Positions 26,830 through 40,299 of a stretch of 64,000 bases of DNA are shown here, in pieces. Source of the stretch: Octopus sinensis (Eukaryota); assembly GCF_006345805.1 (NCBI RefSeq), contig NC_042998.1, positions 116,622,001 to 116,686,000 on the forward strand. Reading direction: 5' to 3'. Positions within the stretch are counted from its first letter, which is position 1; every line of letters begins with the position of its first letter. A model generated the notes under the pieces. The model had not been told where the DNA came from. It was given only the letters and a program-made list of their open reading frames with translations, and ran no database searches. The position numbers and the translations under genes are program-made.

Positions 26830-27147
26830 CATTTTAAAGTCAAGATTTGTAATATTATGGTCAATTCAAGTCGACAGCTGTTGACTGAGAGGTACCAAGA
26901 CATTGGTAGCTTATCTGGTATCCCTTGAATTTTGTCCACGTTTTCTGTGGTGATAGTTGTTATTATTATTTTTTTTGAGGGGTAATATGTTAAATAGAAC
27001 AGGGCGTAATGAGGAGAAGGAACTGTGCTGGAGTAAATTTCTGAGTAGGCTTATATGGCACCTGATCCCGTTAAGTTCTTTTGTCTCTGCCTACAATGAT
27101 TTAAGGTAGTCCCAATAAGCACGTTGAATCAAGTTGAATTAGCGAAT

Positions 27148-27195
<48 letters not shown>

Positions 27196-27780
27196 GAATC
27201 CCTTCTCGCAATGCGTTGCTTGGTATAGGTACACCAAAGGAAGCAGCAGTATTCTACGTGTGGCCGTACAATTGAGGAGAAATGGGGAATTAGGATATCT
27301 TGTTATCCAGACCGGAAGCTACTGAGGATCCAAAGCTTATCCTACGAGCGATGTAGACTTTACCCTTGTGGGCATTCCAGCTGTTTGTATTTACTTTGAA
27401 AGCAACGATGACGGATGTTTGAGCGCAATCTTTTATCTAAAATTCATCGCTCTTTTAACCGTATTTTATTTTGTCTGCTCATTGGCTTACAAGCATGCAG
27501 ATTAGAGTGGATCTCAGGTCGGCTTTCTTATTCATTAATAATTTTCTGACCAGGGTATTATCTGCAGATATTTCTAGATTGCTGTATTTGATGAAGCTTT
27601 TACTGGGATTCACTAGATGCCACGGATCACAATACGCTTTCTGCCCAAGGGGGAATACTTAATCCAGTGTAGCAATTTTCGATGGATTCCAATATTTCAG
27701 AATTTTAACAGGAGGATATTCTGGCTGACGCTATTGAATACTTTGCTGACGTCAAGATATATGACTTCACAGTTCGAATC
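26830..27780 (-). mobile_element. CR1/L2-clade LINE RT relic
   Basis: EVIYLDVSKVFNSVSQNILLLKF*NIGIHRKLLHWIK (cf. DVIYLDFSKAFDSV.H..LL.KL...GI.G.LL.WI) and SSIVRPHVEYCCFLW (cf. SLVRPHLEYC..VW). Confidence 0.75.
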
Positions 27781-28703
27781 TGGTCCATTCTTGATATTGC
27801 CCTTTTTCTCACACAAGAGAGAGAAAAATTAAAGAGTGAAAAGATCATATATATTGCGCATCAGAATTATCAAGATAAAACTTACTTGTAAGAGGATGCG
27901 TGGCGTTCAATAATATAATAATATATGTGTATTTCGTTGTTCGAAAGAATAGTTCATGTTTCATGTACACGTTTCGTGACGTCTTGTGCCCACATATGCA
28001 TATATATTATGCATATATTATGCACATATGCATATATATGCATATATATTTATACTTGTAGATTTATGTACATATACGTATATATATATTATTTATATTA
28101 TTATAGGTTTTATTGTAATAATTCTGATTCGCACTCTCTACGATCTGTTTACTCCTTTGTTTTTCTCTGTTTTCTCTCTCTTATACTTTTCACTCTTCTT
28201 ATTCAACTATTCTATTTTATTACTCTGTCACCCTCTCTCCCTCACTCCTCCTACCTTGTTCACGTGGGTTCCACGTAACTTCTCACCGTTGTAGCTGCAA
28301 CAAGGAAGACGTGTTGTAGTTTGTCTCTTGTCCTAGCTTGATTTACTCGTTCGCCACCACAACATCATTTAGGCTTAGCAGTCCTTTCTATTCCTTTTCA
28401 CTGTCCTGTTTGTGTTACCTCTTTTGGTCCTCCGAAAAATCTCAAAATTTACTTAATTTGATTTGCGTGAGCGACTGTTTTATCGAAAGCGTATATTGTT
28501 GTTACATACTCGAAATAAGAGACTAGAAAAAATAGCCAACAATTGATGAAGAGTCGTTCCTTATTTTTTATTTTTTATTTTTGTGTATTTCGTTGTTGGA
28601 AAGAATACTTCATGTTCCATGTACTCGTGCCTCGTAATTTTTTGTGTACATGTTTCGTGACGTCCCTTGCCTACATATGCAGATAGATAGGTAGGTAGGT
28701 AGG

Positions 28704-28779
<76 letters not shown>

Positions 28780-30639
28780 GACACACAGAGGGAGAGAGAG
28801 AGAGAGAGAGAGAGAGATCGAAAGTTAGATAGGCAGATAGAAATGTATCTACAATGAGATGGAGAAGGAAGAAAGAAATACAATCAAACTGTATGTGACA
28901 GAGCAGGTAACACACAACATCTATATGCAGATCCAAACCTTATTGGAACATTATCTTGTAGCAGAAAAACAATAATATGTGTTCCACCCACGGCTATTAT
29001 ACTTTCTAACAAGACATATCAATTCTATAATCATACGTATTGCCGAATATGTCCGAACATGTTTGAAGATTGCTATATCCACCGAAGTATATTTAAATGG
29101 CATTTATTTTATTTCATTTGGTTACTTGTATGTACACACGCACGCTCATTTACCTGCATACAAACATATATATGCACGAATGCAAGTATACACACACACA
29201 CACACACACACACGTGTATATATATATATATGTGTGTGTGTGTGTTGCGTGTGTGTTGTGAGAAAGTTGTGTGTGTGTGTATACGCCCACATAAACACAC
29301 ACACACACGTGTCCGCTATTTAATGCATAGTTACTAAAGAAAATATGATGCTATATTCAGCCGAAATACTATCAATTGACCAGGACCTAGACTATCTCCA
29401 TTTTGAATTATAGAGATAGTTTGCGCTTATTTGAGCATGTGTATGTGTACATGTATGCGTGTGTCGATGAGTGCGTATATACACACACAAATACTTATGA
29501 TGATATATATGTAAATATTTATAATCATATATACATATCTATTGCTATGTATATATTTATATATACATATATATGTGTGTGTGTATTTGTCTGCGCACGT
29601 GTATATACGTGTGTGTGTCCCTGTGTGTTTACGTTACGTATGTTCATAATTTGATTTATATATATATATATACACACATTTGTGGTGCATTTAAGTGTGT
29701 ATACATATGGTTTAGGATAAATATGTGCACGTGTGTGTAAACAAATTATAACTGCTCATCAGCAAAGCTGTTTAGATGCATCAACTTTTCTAGACGAAAT
29801 AAAGTAACATCGTATACGTGCTTTTATAAGAAACTCACACGTAAGACGTCATGTGATGACATACAGGCATCAGGAGATTTGTGAGTGAATTGACTCTGTA
29901 CAAAGAGTCGAACGCTTGACGAGGTAACGGCTGGCTAAAGTACACGCAGTCACAAAAACACATACCGCCAGTGTACATAGACAATCACACACACACACAC
30001 ATACGCATATACACGCATACACACAGACACACAGACACACATAACTTCTTCCTTAACTCTCAACCTTCGAATCTCTTCTAAGGAAACTAGCATACAGGTA
30101 TACATAAACACAGGCATAAGAATAAATCTAAGTCAGGACCAAGACAGACCTTTAAGAAGAGGGCATATCATTCATGAAGTAGCCAGTAGCAATCAAAAGA
30201 CTTTGGCAAACAAACAACTGATTGATTATTTAACCACAACAGCAAAGAAAGTACTGATTATTTTTTGTCTGCGTATTTAACTGGTTGACGAACAAGAAAT
30301 AAGTGATATTGAATCTGTGCGTGTGTTTTTTTTTTTTTACTCTCATAATGACTTTCCCAAAGCAAAACAATATTTGTTGCAACGCACAATTTCACATAAA
30401 CAATCTTGAAATCTAAATACTCAATTGAGATATATGTGTTTGTATATGTGTGTGTTTGTGTGTGTGTATGCTTGTGTTTGTGCATGTGTATGTGTGTGTC
30501 TGTATATAAAGCAAAGTATATATATATAGGTATAAATCTCCATACACCTCTACAAACACATTTATTTGCAGAAAACACAATACGCTATAAACAGAGACTG
30601 AGAATAAAATAACTTAATCATTATCGTATAAATATATTT

Positions 30640-31164
30640 TATTCGGAAAACTTTTCCTGGAAATAAGCGGCCATAATTTTATGTGTGTACGTCCTGTCAT
30701 TAGATGTATTGACTATGTTAACGAAAACGTCTGGTATTTTAGCGATAATAACCCTGTTGCTTTTATGTAGTATTTTACGAAAAGTTATTTCTAGGAAATT
30801 AAACGAATATCAGGAATATACACACGTATGTTCAAAAACAGACTTTGTAAAGCAGATACATATATCTTCCTAAATTTTATACCGAATTATGGACTTTCAT
30901 TGCGTCGGGTGCATCTGAAAGTTTATAAAGCTATTGAAATATACTGTTTGCTGTGGTTTTGATGTACAGTTTTGTATTAGTGTCATGCCGTGCACCCATG
31001 AATGTCGATTAGCAATGCCACATTTTATTACAAACTTATTCTTATATACATCAAAGAATCTATGGCTAAACCTACTGGGGTATACAACAATAAACAGTTA
31101 TTCTAAATTTCGTTTTGGATATATGTCATTAACAGGTTTTATGAATGAGTTTCTATTAATCTAG
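30640..31164 (+). pseudogene. Putative TLR relic: LRRCT, TM, TIR
   Basis: NFMCVRP; GILAIITLLLLCSILRK (TM); EYTHVCSKTDFVKQI (box1-like); FIPNYGLSLRRVHLKVYKAIE (30876-30938); QFCISVMPCTHECRLAM (cf. F..S.WC..E..LA); SFWIYVI (box3-like). Confidence 0.45.
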
Positions 31165-31979
31165 GTAAAAGACAGGAAGTAGCATGATGATATTTTATAA
31201 AATGATTTATATTTTGAAATATAAACTATATTAAATGTCCAAAGAAATTAAAGCTGATGGCGAACGTGCATCAGGCTATACTTAGATGCATAGCTGTCAT
31301 TTTCAAATGACTGTCACAACTTGGCATTTATCATGTTTTTGAGTATTGTTTTAGGGGGTTGTATAATTGCGATCAGATATAGGCAAAATCCCAGACTCTA
31401 TTTATTACAGCAAAACAAAAAAAAGCCAGAAAACTGGTAGACAATAAGGCAGAATAACAATAGACTTGTACACACATTCAACCAGGACAGATCAGCCATG
31501 CTGCTCAGGAACCCACGATCATTTGATCACAGTCACGGCAACATTAATCACTAAATCACAAGCTTACAGAGTAAGCATACACACAAACACACACACATAC
31601 ATATACACATATTACAGGTATATATACACTGTAGAAAAAGAGAGTTTAGACATAATTTTGGAACTCTCGAGTAAAGTCTATACTATATTAATAACATATC
31701 CTACATGATGTACACCAATATGATATAAGCTTATTCGTGCGTGTATTTTCTCCTAAAAACGATGACAGCAATAAAGATGCATTCCTGAAACATTGACTTT
31801 ATGTTTTGCATTGAATTTTAATGAACCTTATGGAAGGGGTAACGGTCTTCCATACAATCAATAAAACTGGGTACGTGTCAAATGGATTCGAAATTCCACC
31901 ATTATATTTGAACAATACACAGATGCTTCCAATTCCTCCCCTTACAAAGATTGAAAATTTGATTGAATGATTTTTTTAT

Positions 31980-32400
31980 GAGAAATCGTTTATTAAAAAT
32001 ATTATTGCAGTTTGCGAGACATTATTATGCACAAATAAAACCACATGATGGTTATATATGGCATCAGTTTTATAATAGTTTAATTGGATGCATAATTAAT
32101 GATTCCTGGGAATAATTAGCTCAGTCAATGGACTTTGAACACAGCCTGGACTACTATATGCTTCAAATCCACTTCTGCTACGCTATTAGTTACTCTATCG
32201 TGTATGATCTTATCTCACAATGGGAAAGAGTGTCATCCTGGATACAGTAACAGGCTGTGCTGAAAGTCGATTACTCAACCATGCTATTTGAAACTCAGAG
32301 CAACTAGATAAAAAAAAATTGAGCTTGCTCAGAAATATAGCGATACGCCTATATACAAGTGTATATAGATTAATTTGACAAGATGGTTGTGTAAGTCCAT
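31980..32400 (+). pseudogene. Possible TIR-domain relic
   Basis: MGKSVILDTVTGCAESRLL at 32220-32276 (cf. GKSI.DNI...I..SR..I). Confidence 0.3.
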
Positions 32401-32610
32401 CGGGTTCATGTTTATTTGTATGAGGTATATTAAGAATAGTTGGTTAATGGTAAGGGACGTAGAGACTCACGAATAATTATGTATGTTGCTGAGACTATTG
32501 GTATGTAAATATACATTTAATGAACATCAAATGTCAATCAATCAATCAATATACCAGCAGCCGGTTAATTATATATATATATCATAAATTCATGCATATA
32601 CATGTATACA

Positions 32611-32650
<40 letters not shown>

Positions 32651-32652
32651 GG

Positions 32653-32700
<48 letters not shown>

Positions 32701-32752
32701 CATATATATATATTCAAACAGATATATATATATATTCCTACAGATATATATA

Positions 32753-32844
<92 letters not shown>

Positions 32845-33188
32845 GTGTGTATATATGTGTGTCTGTGTGTGAGTATGTTTACTTGTGCGTTTGAATCCAT
32901 GTGCGTCTGAGCGAGTACGTATACTCTATTTGGAGATATATCTAAAATAAGAACAGCAAGATGTAAAACACAAACAAATCGATACAGAGATTTCAAAGAT
33001 TACGAAAACATTCAGAATGATAAATTTCAGAATATATGTATTTTTGTATTGCTACTATATATAGATCGTTTGGGAAAGTAATATATTGCAAGCAGACTTG
33101 TAATGTACACACACAGCAAACGGTCAAATACACATAGAGAAAATTCTAGATAAGTACACACACACACACACACATACATACATATATG

Positions 33189-33248
<60 letters not shown>

Positions 33249-34647
33249 TGATGTATGTAAACATGAACATAGAACACCATGCATATACACAAACAGACAC
33301 ATATAGAAATATGCGACCTTAAATGCGCTATGGTGCCACCATAAATTTTGTTGAAAAACAGAAATTCAGATGGAAGGAAAATCAATATATGTGATATAGG
33401 TTATGTCCATTCATGACCAGAAGTTTTTAGTACTATCAATCTTGTATTAGGATATAGATCAGTTGATACTGTGTAACATTTGACATCATGCATTGGTGAT
33501 ATACGTATTGGCCATTGATCATCTGTGGAGTGAGTTGGTCACATTTACTTACAGTCCAAAATAAGTGCGTATAAACGCACTATATGTGTACACAGAAACA
33601 CACTCAAAGAGTGGCATCTATGTATGTGTGTATGTGGCAGTGTGCATTCGTTTGTGTGAGAGGTGTACACCGATGGAATAATATCTGTGCAAGCTTGTAT
33701 AAGTGCGTGCGTGTATGTATGCATAAACACAGGCAGTTACACATAGCATCATATATGCGTAACTAGATCATCTACATCGTCATCATAACTATAGAATTAA
33801 AGCCCATTTCTTCCATTCTTGTATGGCTCGGACGAAATTCTGTTCCTGTCGCGCACACCATCAAGCAAGAACATATTTGCGTAGACCATCCAACAAAAAG
33901 AAGCATAATGATCAGACATTGTCCATCATTATATCTGAAATGAACATTATCGTTAGTTTGTGAACGATGTTAATTTCAAAGCGGCTTGCCATGTCAATAC
34001 AGCGAGACACGCGACTACACGAAGACAGAAATATATATATAAGATATTCATTTTGAGAGACCGTGATCTAAATCCACTAATGAGGATTCCTTCAGCCCGG
34101 AGAAGTGAAGACACTTGCTACAGGGCCTGTGCTGTTGACTGAACCCGACTGGGCAGGATACGTCGTAGTCGGAAAGCAAAATATTTACAAACACATCTTT
34201 GGTTGCACCTCTTTATACATTTTAATGTGTGTGTATGTGTATGTGTGTACGTGTGTGTTTGTGTGCGTATGTGCGTGCGTACGTGCGTGTGTGTCAAGGT
34301 GCGTGTTCTAGTGTTAAGTTGATGGCTTGAACTTCTGGATAGGTCAACGAGATGGTTATTTGAAGCAGCTAATTCATTTAACTTTTCTCCGTTCCCCTGA
34401 GCTAAATTTCTCTCCTCTTTTGTGATGATGCAGCGCTCTCCTCCGGCAATTTCAATCTTTCGGTTTTGAGCGGGCTATGAGTAGGTAGGCAGAGTGTGTA
34501 TGTCATTGTCCGCTCTCGTAAAGACAGCAAACAATTACCGAACGCATAATACATATCATCAGGTCATACTCGCTTGCAGCTAACGACTATGTATTTTCAT
34601 GCACATATATGCATATATAGCTTCTTTATTTACATATATCAATAGGC

Positions 34648-34693
<46 letters not shown>

Positions 34694-35084
34694 AACCTAA
34701 GCATTGCTGCCAAGTTGTAAAACCTATGCAAGCTGTACTGCTTCTATAGTAGCTAGGTGTTGATATGTTCATTTTGTCACATGGTTTTATGTCAACATGA
34801 ATTGCAAATAATAGAGTAAGGAAAAGTTGTGTACCTTTGAAATCTAGGCTGTTACAGAATCTCACCATAATTTTCGATCTTGAGGTGTGTGGGTGTTCCT
34901 TCATTTCTATGCAGTATAAACATCTTTAGTAAATTGTATATTTCATAATAGCGCAGTTTATTGCAAGACATTTTATGTGCTCCATTTTTATATATCTTTC
35001 TCGTCTTCTCTTCAGAAACAGATTTTCAAACTTTTAGTGTACGCTAGTTGTTGCATTCAGGCGAAATTTCCTCACTTTTTTCTT

Positions 35085-35245
35085 TCTCTTCCCTTTTCTT
35101 CTGCCCTTCGCTGCCGCCTCATTTGCGAACTACCGACACGATTGCGACAATACTATCTAGTTGATCCTGCCAGTAATCATATGCTTCTCTACAAACTCAA
35201 GCCATGCCGTAAACGAATGGCGAAACAGTGAATGGTTTAGGAACC
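35085..35245 (+). pseudogene. 18S: 18S rRNA 5'-end fragment (35154-35245) with ~70 nt of upstream sequence (putative 5' ETS)
   Basis: TATCTAGTTGATCCTGCCAGTAATCATATGCTTCTCTACAAACTCAAGCCATGC...GGCGAAACAGTGAATGG vs the universal 18S start TACCTGGTTGATCCTGCCAGTAGTCATATGCTTGTCTCAAAGATTAAGCCATGC...GGTGAAACCGCGAATGG. Confidence 0.85.
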
Positions 35246-35604
35246 AGTCCTAATCCTCGAACTTTGCGAAGCATCGATGGATGACTTCCAGATCAACAGT
35301 CATTTAATATCCGTAGATAGCCTCAATTGTTAACAGCAATCCAGGTAATAAAAGTGAAATATTCTCCACAATGGCCTCCTAGTTTTCTGTTCATTAGTAC
35401 TGAATCATGCAAGAATTCGTATCTACATGAAAAAATGCATCAACACTCATATCTATTCTTAGGTAAAGGTGTCACAATGAACCTCGAAATTTCAATCCCT
35501 ATAGGTCCTCTGTATATTGATTTTTCGGTTGTTGTGTACTGGAAAATAGGAATCTAATATTTTTCCAACTTTAAATTTCATATTAACATCAGTTCACTTG
35601 TAAA

Positions 35605-35979
35605 TTGCACAAAGACTATACTGTAGATTTTCAGCATCAGCGACTTTATTTATTGCCTGATAAACTTCAATATAACAAAGTGAGAGTGGTTCATTACATA
35701 AATAAATGCGTATGCGATTATGAAACTAAAATCAACACTGACACCAAGAAAGTGACTCGGGAGGCTCCAAGAAATATCTTTGGAAATCTGGGGTTTACAG
35801 TCAAACTACGTGCACTATGCATATGGAGGATCTCACCTTATACTAGGATGTTCGTTGCTTCGCGAAACGCTCTTTACCTTTTGTTTTCTCATTTAAAAAA
35901 AGTTTTGCTATTCCTTTTTGTATTCAGTTTTGGTAAACATTGTGTTGTGACTGACTTAATAATTCCGTGCGGGATGTAA
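35605..35979 (+). pseudogene. Possible LRR relic between the two 18S fragments
   Basis: YTVDFQHQRLYLLPDKL (LRRNT-like VDC....L..LP..L) and NIFGNLGFTVKLRAL. Confidence 0.25.
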
Positions 35980-36354
35980 ATTCCGTTAAGGTAATCGAAG
36001 CCTATTTTTAGCTACACTGAGAAGAGTTCACGGTGTAGCAGTTACATAATATGCAGCAGAAAGTTAAGAAACATATGTAGATGACATTTTACCTGTTTCA
36101 TTCCCTTAGTTTTATTTTTCTAATTTTATTCACACTTTTAGCAATATTAGTTGCTAATGATAGGATGCATAGCAACTCTCAGCTCACCAAACTGCTCTGC
36201 AACGTTGATATAGGAAAAAGTGTAAAGTGTATAATTCATTTATTGATGACAATGAATTGTTAAGGTACCATATTGCTTACGGTCTACATGTTGTTCTCTA
36301 TACTGCCACCTACTGTTCGAACTTTACAATATTCCTACACTCGGATCCTTGTTC

Positions 36355-36460
36355 TTTTTCTTCATCTTCCCTTTTCTTCTGCCCCTCGCTGCTACCTCAT
36401 TCGCGAACTACCGACACGACCGCAACAATAATACCTAGCTGATCCTGTCGGTAATCATAC
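36355..36460 (+). pseudogene. 18S: Second, shorter ETS-like/18S 5' fragment (18S part 36432-36459)
   Basis: TCTTCCCTTTTCTTCTGCCCCTCGCTGCTACCTCATTCGCGAACTACCGACACGAC...TACCTAGCTGATCCTGTCGGTAATCATA; clearly homologous to 35085-35180. Confidence 0.75.
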
Positions 36461-36508
36461 ATAAAGAAGACCTCAATATTATGTAAATAGAGAAATTTAT
36501 CTGTAAAT

Positions 36509-36592
36509 ATATTTGACAATTATTCGGTAGCCATGATAAAACTCTGACATCCGAGACTCGGAGTTTTATCATGGCTACCGAATAATTGTCAC

Positions 36593-36596
<4 letters not shown>
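36509..36596. repeat. Hairpin with perfect 31-bp arms and 16-nt loop
   Basis: TGACAATTATTCGGTAGCCATGATAAAACTC (36514-36544) / GAGTTTTATCATGGCTACCGAATAATTGTCA (36561-36591). Confidence 0.95.
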
Positions 36597-36662
<66 letters not shown>

Positions 36663-36949
36663 GATATTAGACCGTCAAATAAAGCCAAAAAGTTTTTCAG
36701 AAACTGAAAATATAAATAATATACCCATGCCTAGAAACAAGAGAAAAATAAAACATACCTAACCAAACACCACAACCAAAATACAAAGCTCACTTGAGAA
36801 AAAATGTTAATAATAGAAGAAATAATATACAAAAAAGCATCTATCTTTTAGGGTCAGGACAGCAAACGGCTGAGAAAGAAAAGGTCCAAGAAAAAACAAC
36901 TGTGAAACAGCTGATAAGATAGACCATAAAATTATTACTTGGTCAAAAA

Positions 36950-38720
36950 GAAATATAGAGAGTGACCAAATTCGATTATAGATGAAAGGACTAAACTTCA
37001 CACATACACCTGAGTCAACCATCAGGAATTAGAGGAAGATTTCCAAAACTTTTGTCAGAAACTACGAATTGTAGAGTTTTTTTCTATTGATAAATATAAC
37101 GAGAATGACGAATCCTTGGCCAAACCTGAAACAAAATTTAAGCCGGAAAAATGACGAACTATACATCTACATCAGTTCATTGATACCTCTCCAGATTTCC
37201 ACTGAGGCATAATATCAACATCAGCCCAATCATTTCAAAACGAGAAAAATCTGTCCTTATACTACTTAAAAATGACAATACAATTGTCATAAACAAGCGG
37301 ATGAAGGGGGTGCCATTGTTATAATGGATATGGAATATAACCGGGATATAACTGAAGATCAGTTGAAAGATACAACGTTCTACCATGAAATGCTCTCAAA
37401 TACTGAGCACCGCATCATGAAGAAATTCAATTATTTAGTCTCAAAACATTATAACTCCATCACTTCTAATGTAAGTGACTATATTACCAATTTTGAGAGC
37501 AAATCTAGTAACTTCTATGGCTTATCTAAAATACATAGGTCAAAAGAAATACAAAACGCTATAAAGAAACGAGGTGATGATTACATAAATCTACTACAAA
37601 CAAAAAAAAGTTAAACTAAGACCATTATGCTGATCAAGCCTGCCCTACACATCGTCCGAGCAACCTCATTGACATTATTCTGAAATCACTATGTAGTCAC
37701 AAACACTGTTTCACTTGGGATGCCATTCATTTCCAGTCACATCTGCCCAAAACGACAGAATCCAATTCACTGTCACATAGATTCGATGTAGCAAACTTAT
37801 ATACAAAATTTCCACGTGATTTGGGAATTACTGCCATAAACGTTTGAGTCGAGAAACCTAAAGAAGCTATTCTCAATAGATTAACTATAACCATCATACT
37901 AGACGCTGTCAGCCTCATTCTCGATAACAATTCATTCCTTTTCAAACGAAAAAAAGAACTAAATCCAAATTGTAGGTATAGTTATGGGGACGCGATGTGC
38001 TTCAGTTTGGGATACTTGGAACAAAACATATATAAAAGAAAATTTAAGAGAACAACGGTATGAACTTTAGAACATATATAGAGGTCATATGGAAAAGATA
38101 CCTCGATGGTGGATTCCTAATTTGAACCACATCCTTAGAAAGTTTGGAAGAATTCAGCACCCTCCCCAACAATCTACACCCTAGTCTCAAATTCACAAGA
38201 GAAATGAGCAGCACACAATTAGCATTTCTTGACATAATGTTAATTAAAAGCAACACCAGCATCACAACCGATATTTATTACAAAAGCACAGAAACGCACC
38301 AGTACCGAAACTTTAAAATCATGCCACTCAACACACAAAACGCAGCATCCCATACGTTCTAGTCAAGAATAATTTTTTACTATAGTAAATACCGAGAACA
38401 TACACCTTATAGAGCTCAAACGATTTCTGTTTAAGCAAAATTACCACTTCCTACTTAAAGAAAATAGCATTCAATGAGGAAAATACATAGCATTCAATGA
38501 GGGCAAATAGCATGCAATGAGAGCGAAATAGCATTCAATGAGGGCAAGACGAGAAAGACGGACCCATCAACGAAGCACAATACCATTTCTAGTAACACAC
38601 TATCCGCATCACCAAAATACTTTTGACCGTATCAAAGCAAATTTGCCAGGCATGAAACCAAGTGTAAAATTAATAAAACATAATAACTAACATAACACTT
38701 ATCTGAAGCAAAAGTCAACC
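36950..38720 (+). mobile_element. Penelope-like element relic 4 (RT), multiple frameshifts
   Basis: LKNDNTIVI/QADEGGAIVIMD; SSNFYGLSKIHRSK; NNLHPSLKFTREMSSTQLAFLDIMLIKSNTSITTDIYYKSTETHQY. Confidence 0.85.
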
Positions 38721-39656
38721 ACATAACCAAAAGAAATTATTAACAAAGGAAATTCAACATATATTTATGTATATATGTATGTAAGGATGGATGGATGGAT
38801 GCCTGCATGTGTATAATCTTACAAGCAAATGTTTGGTTATGGCATAATTTTTTTTTATTTTCGCCTTCCTTACATTCTTCAAACTACGATTTATTTTGGT
38901 TCCTATTAGCTTTTTTATCGAATGGGATTGGCAGACAAGTATGCATGTATTTTACTCTATTCATAAATCGCTTATCAAAAGGCATTTTATACACCTATGG
39001 AAAATTGCATCATATTTACACATTCATCTGGGTATATTAATTAACGTCCTAAGTTACAAGTATCCATTTGTTTACACGCATATGACACGAATACAAATTG
39101 ATTCGGAAGAAGTTAATATTTATATACAACTGCATATAAGTTCGACTGTTGACAAAATATTCATATATATTTTTAAAATGAATAACATTTAAAATTTTTA
39201 CGCTTCGCTTACTATAATACAATTTGCATTACATACTTAGCAAAAAGGAACGTTCCGCATAAAAGTCAAGTTACACATGTTACACATGAAAACACTAATA
39301 ATTATCCTAGCAATAAACAATATGCGACATGGACATTAATATTGCAAAACTATTCTTATATTTCAGGTATGTGTATTTAGTTAATCCTTTCTAACATAGT
39401 TAGAAGGCATCAACTTTTCTGGGAAAGGGTTAGCTTGATTTCATCGCCCCCAGTGCTCAGCTGGTTCTAATTTCATTGACAGGGAAAAGAAGAAAGGCAA
39501 AGATCACGATAGAAGTGAAGCTCAGAACGTAAAGTTGGGGAATACACCCATTTCCCTGCCTTAAATGTACTTAAACGATTAAAACTAAATATACATGTTG
39601 CATCGAATGTAGAAGCAGCAGTACTGACAGTAGTAGTAGTAGTAGTAGTAGTAGTA

Positions 39657-39703
<47 letters not shown>

Positions 39704-40299
39704 AGCAGCAGCGTTGAAGCAATACTTGCAATTATAACACTTCGACCCTTATCACCGTTTGCTAATTATATTTCAAGCAATCATAATAATATTGTCGTTA
39801 ATGGATTACAAAATAACGTTCATACCACGAATATAATAGATGCTTATAAGAAAATAAGTGCCCAAAATAATCCATTTACCTTTTAATTTCTTTCTAATAC
39901 ATCAGATGAGCTTTGAATAGCTTTAGTAATTGGAAAAATCTTGTACTGATAACAAGTTGAATTAGTTATGTCTCTCTTTTTCAATATAGTAAACGATCAA
40001 ATTAATGGTGATGGCATTACATTACGTGGCAATTTAGATCAGCAATTAGACTATTAAAGGATGCAAAATTGAAGTATTCCGTAATGTCCAAGAGTTTATC
40101 CAGTAAATAACCGTGGGTCATTGGTTTTATTATGCATCAATTTATATCCACATATTTAAATGAAAGAATAGTTGCCCCAGATGATAATAGAGCATCTAAA
40201 ATTTGATTAGTTTTGTGAATGTTAAAGCAGCAAATTTCATATTCAGAAACATAATTGAATTCTTTACAACATGGATGTTTACATAAAATACGTGCATAA

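Noticed and set aside
28430-28500. LRR-like translation NLLNLICVSDCFIESV
   Set aside because: Lies inside the dispersed repeat homologous to 11840-12200, so it is a chance match; this also shows the false-positive risk for the weaker TLR calls.
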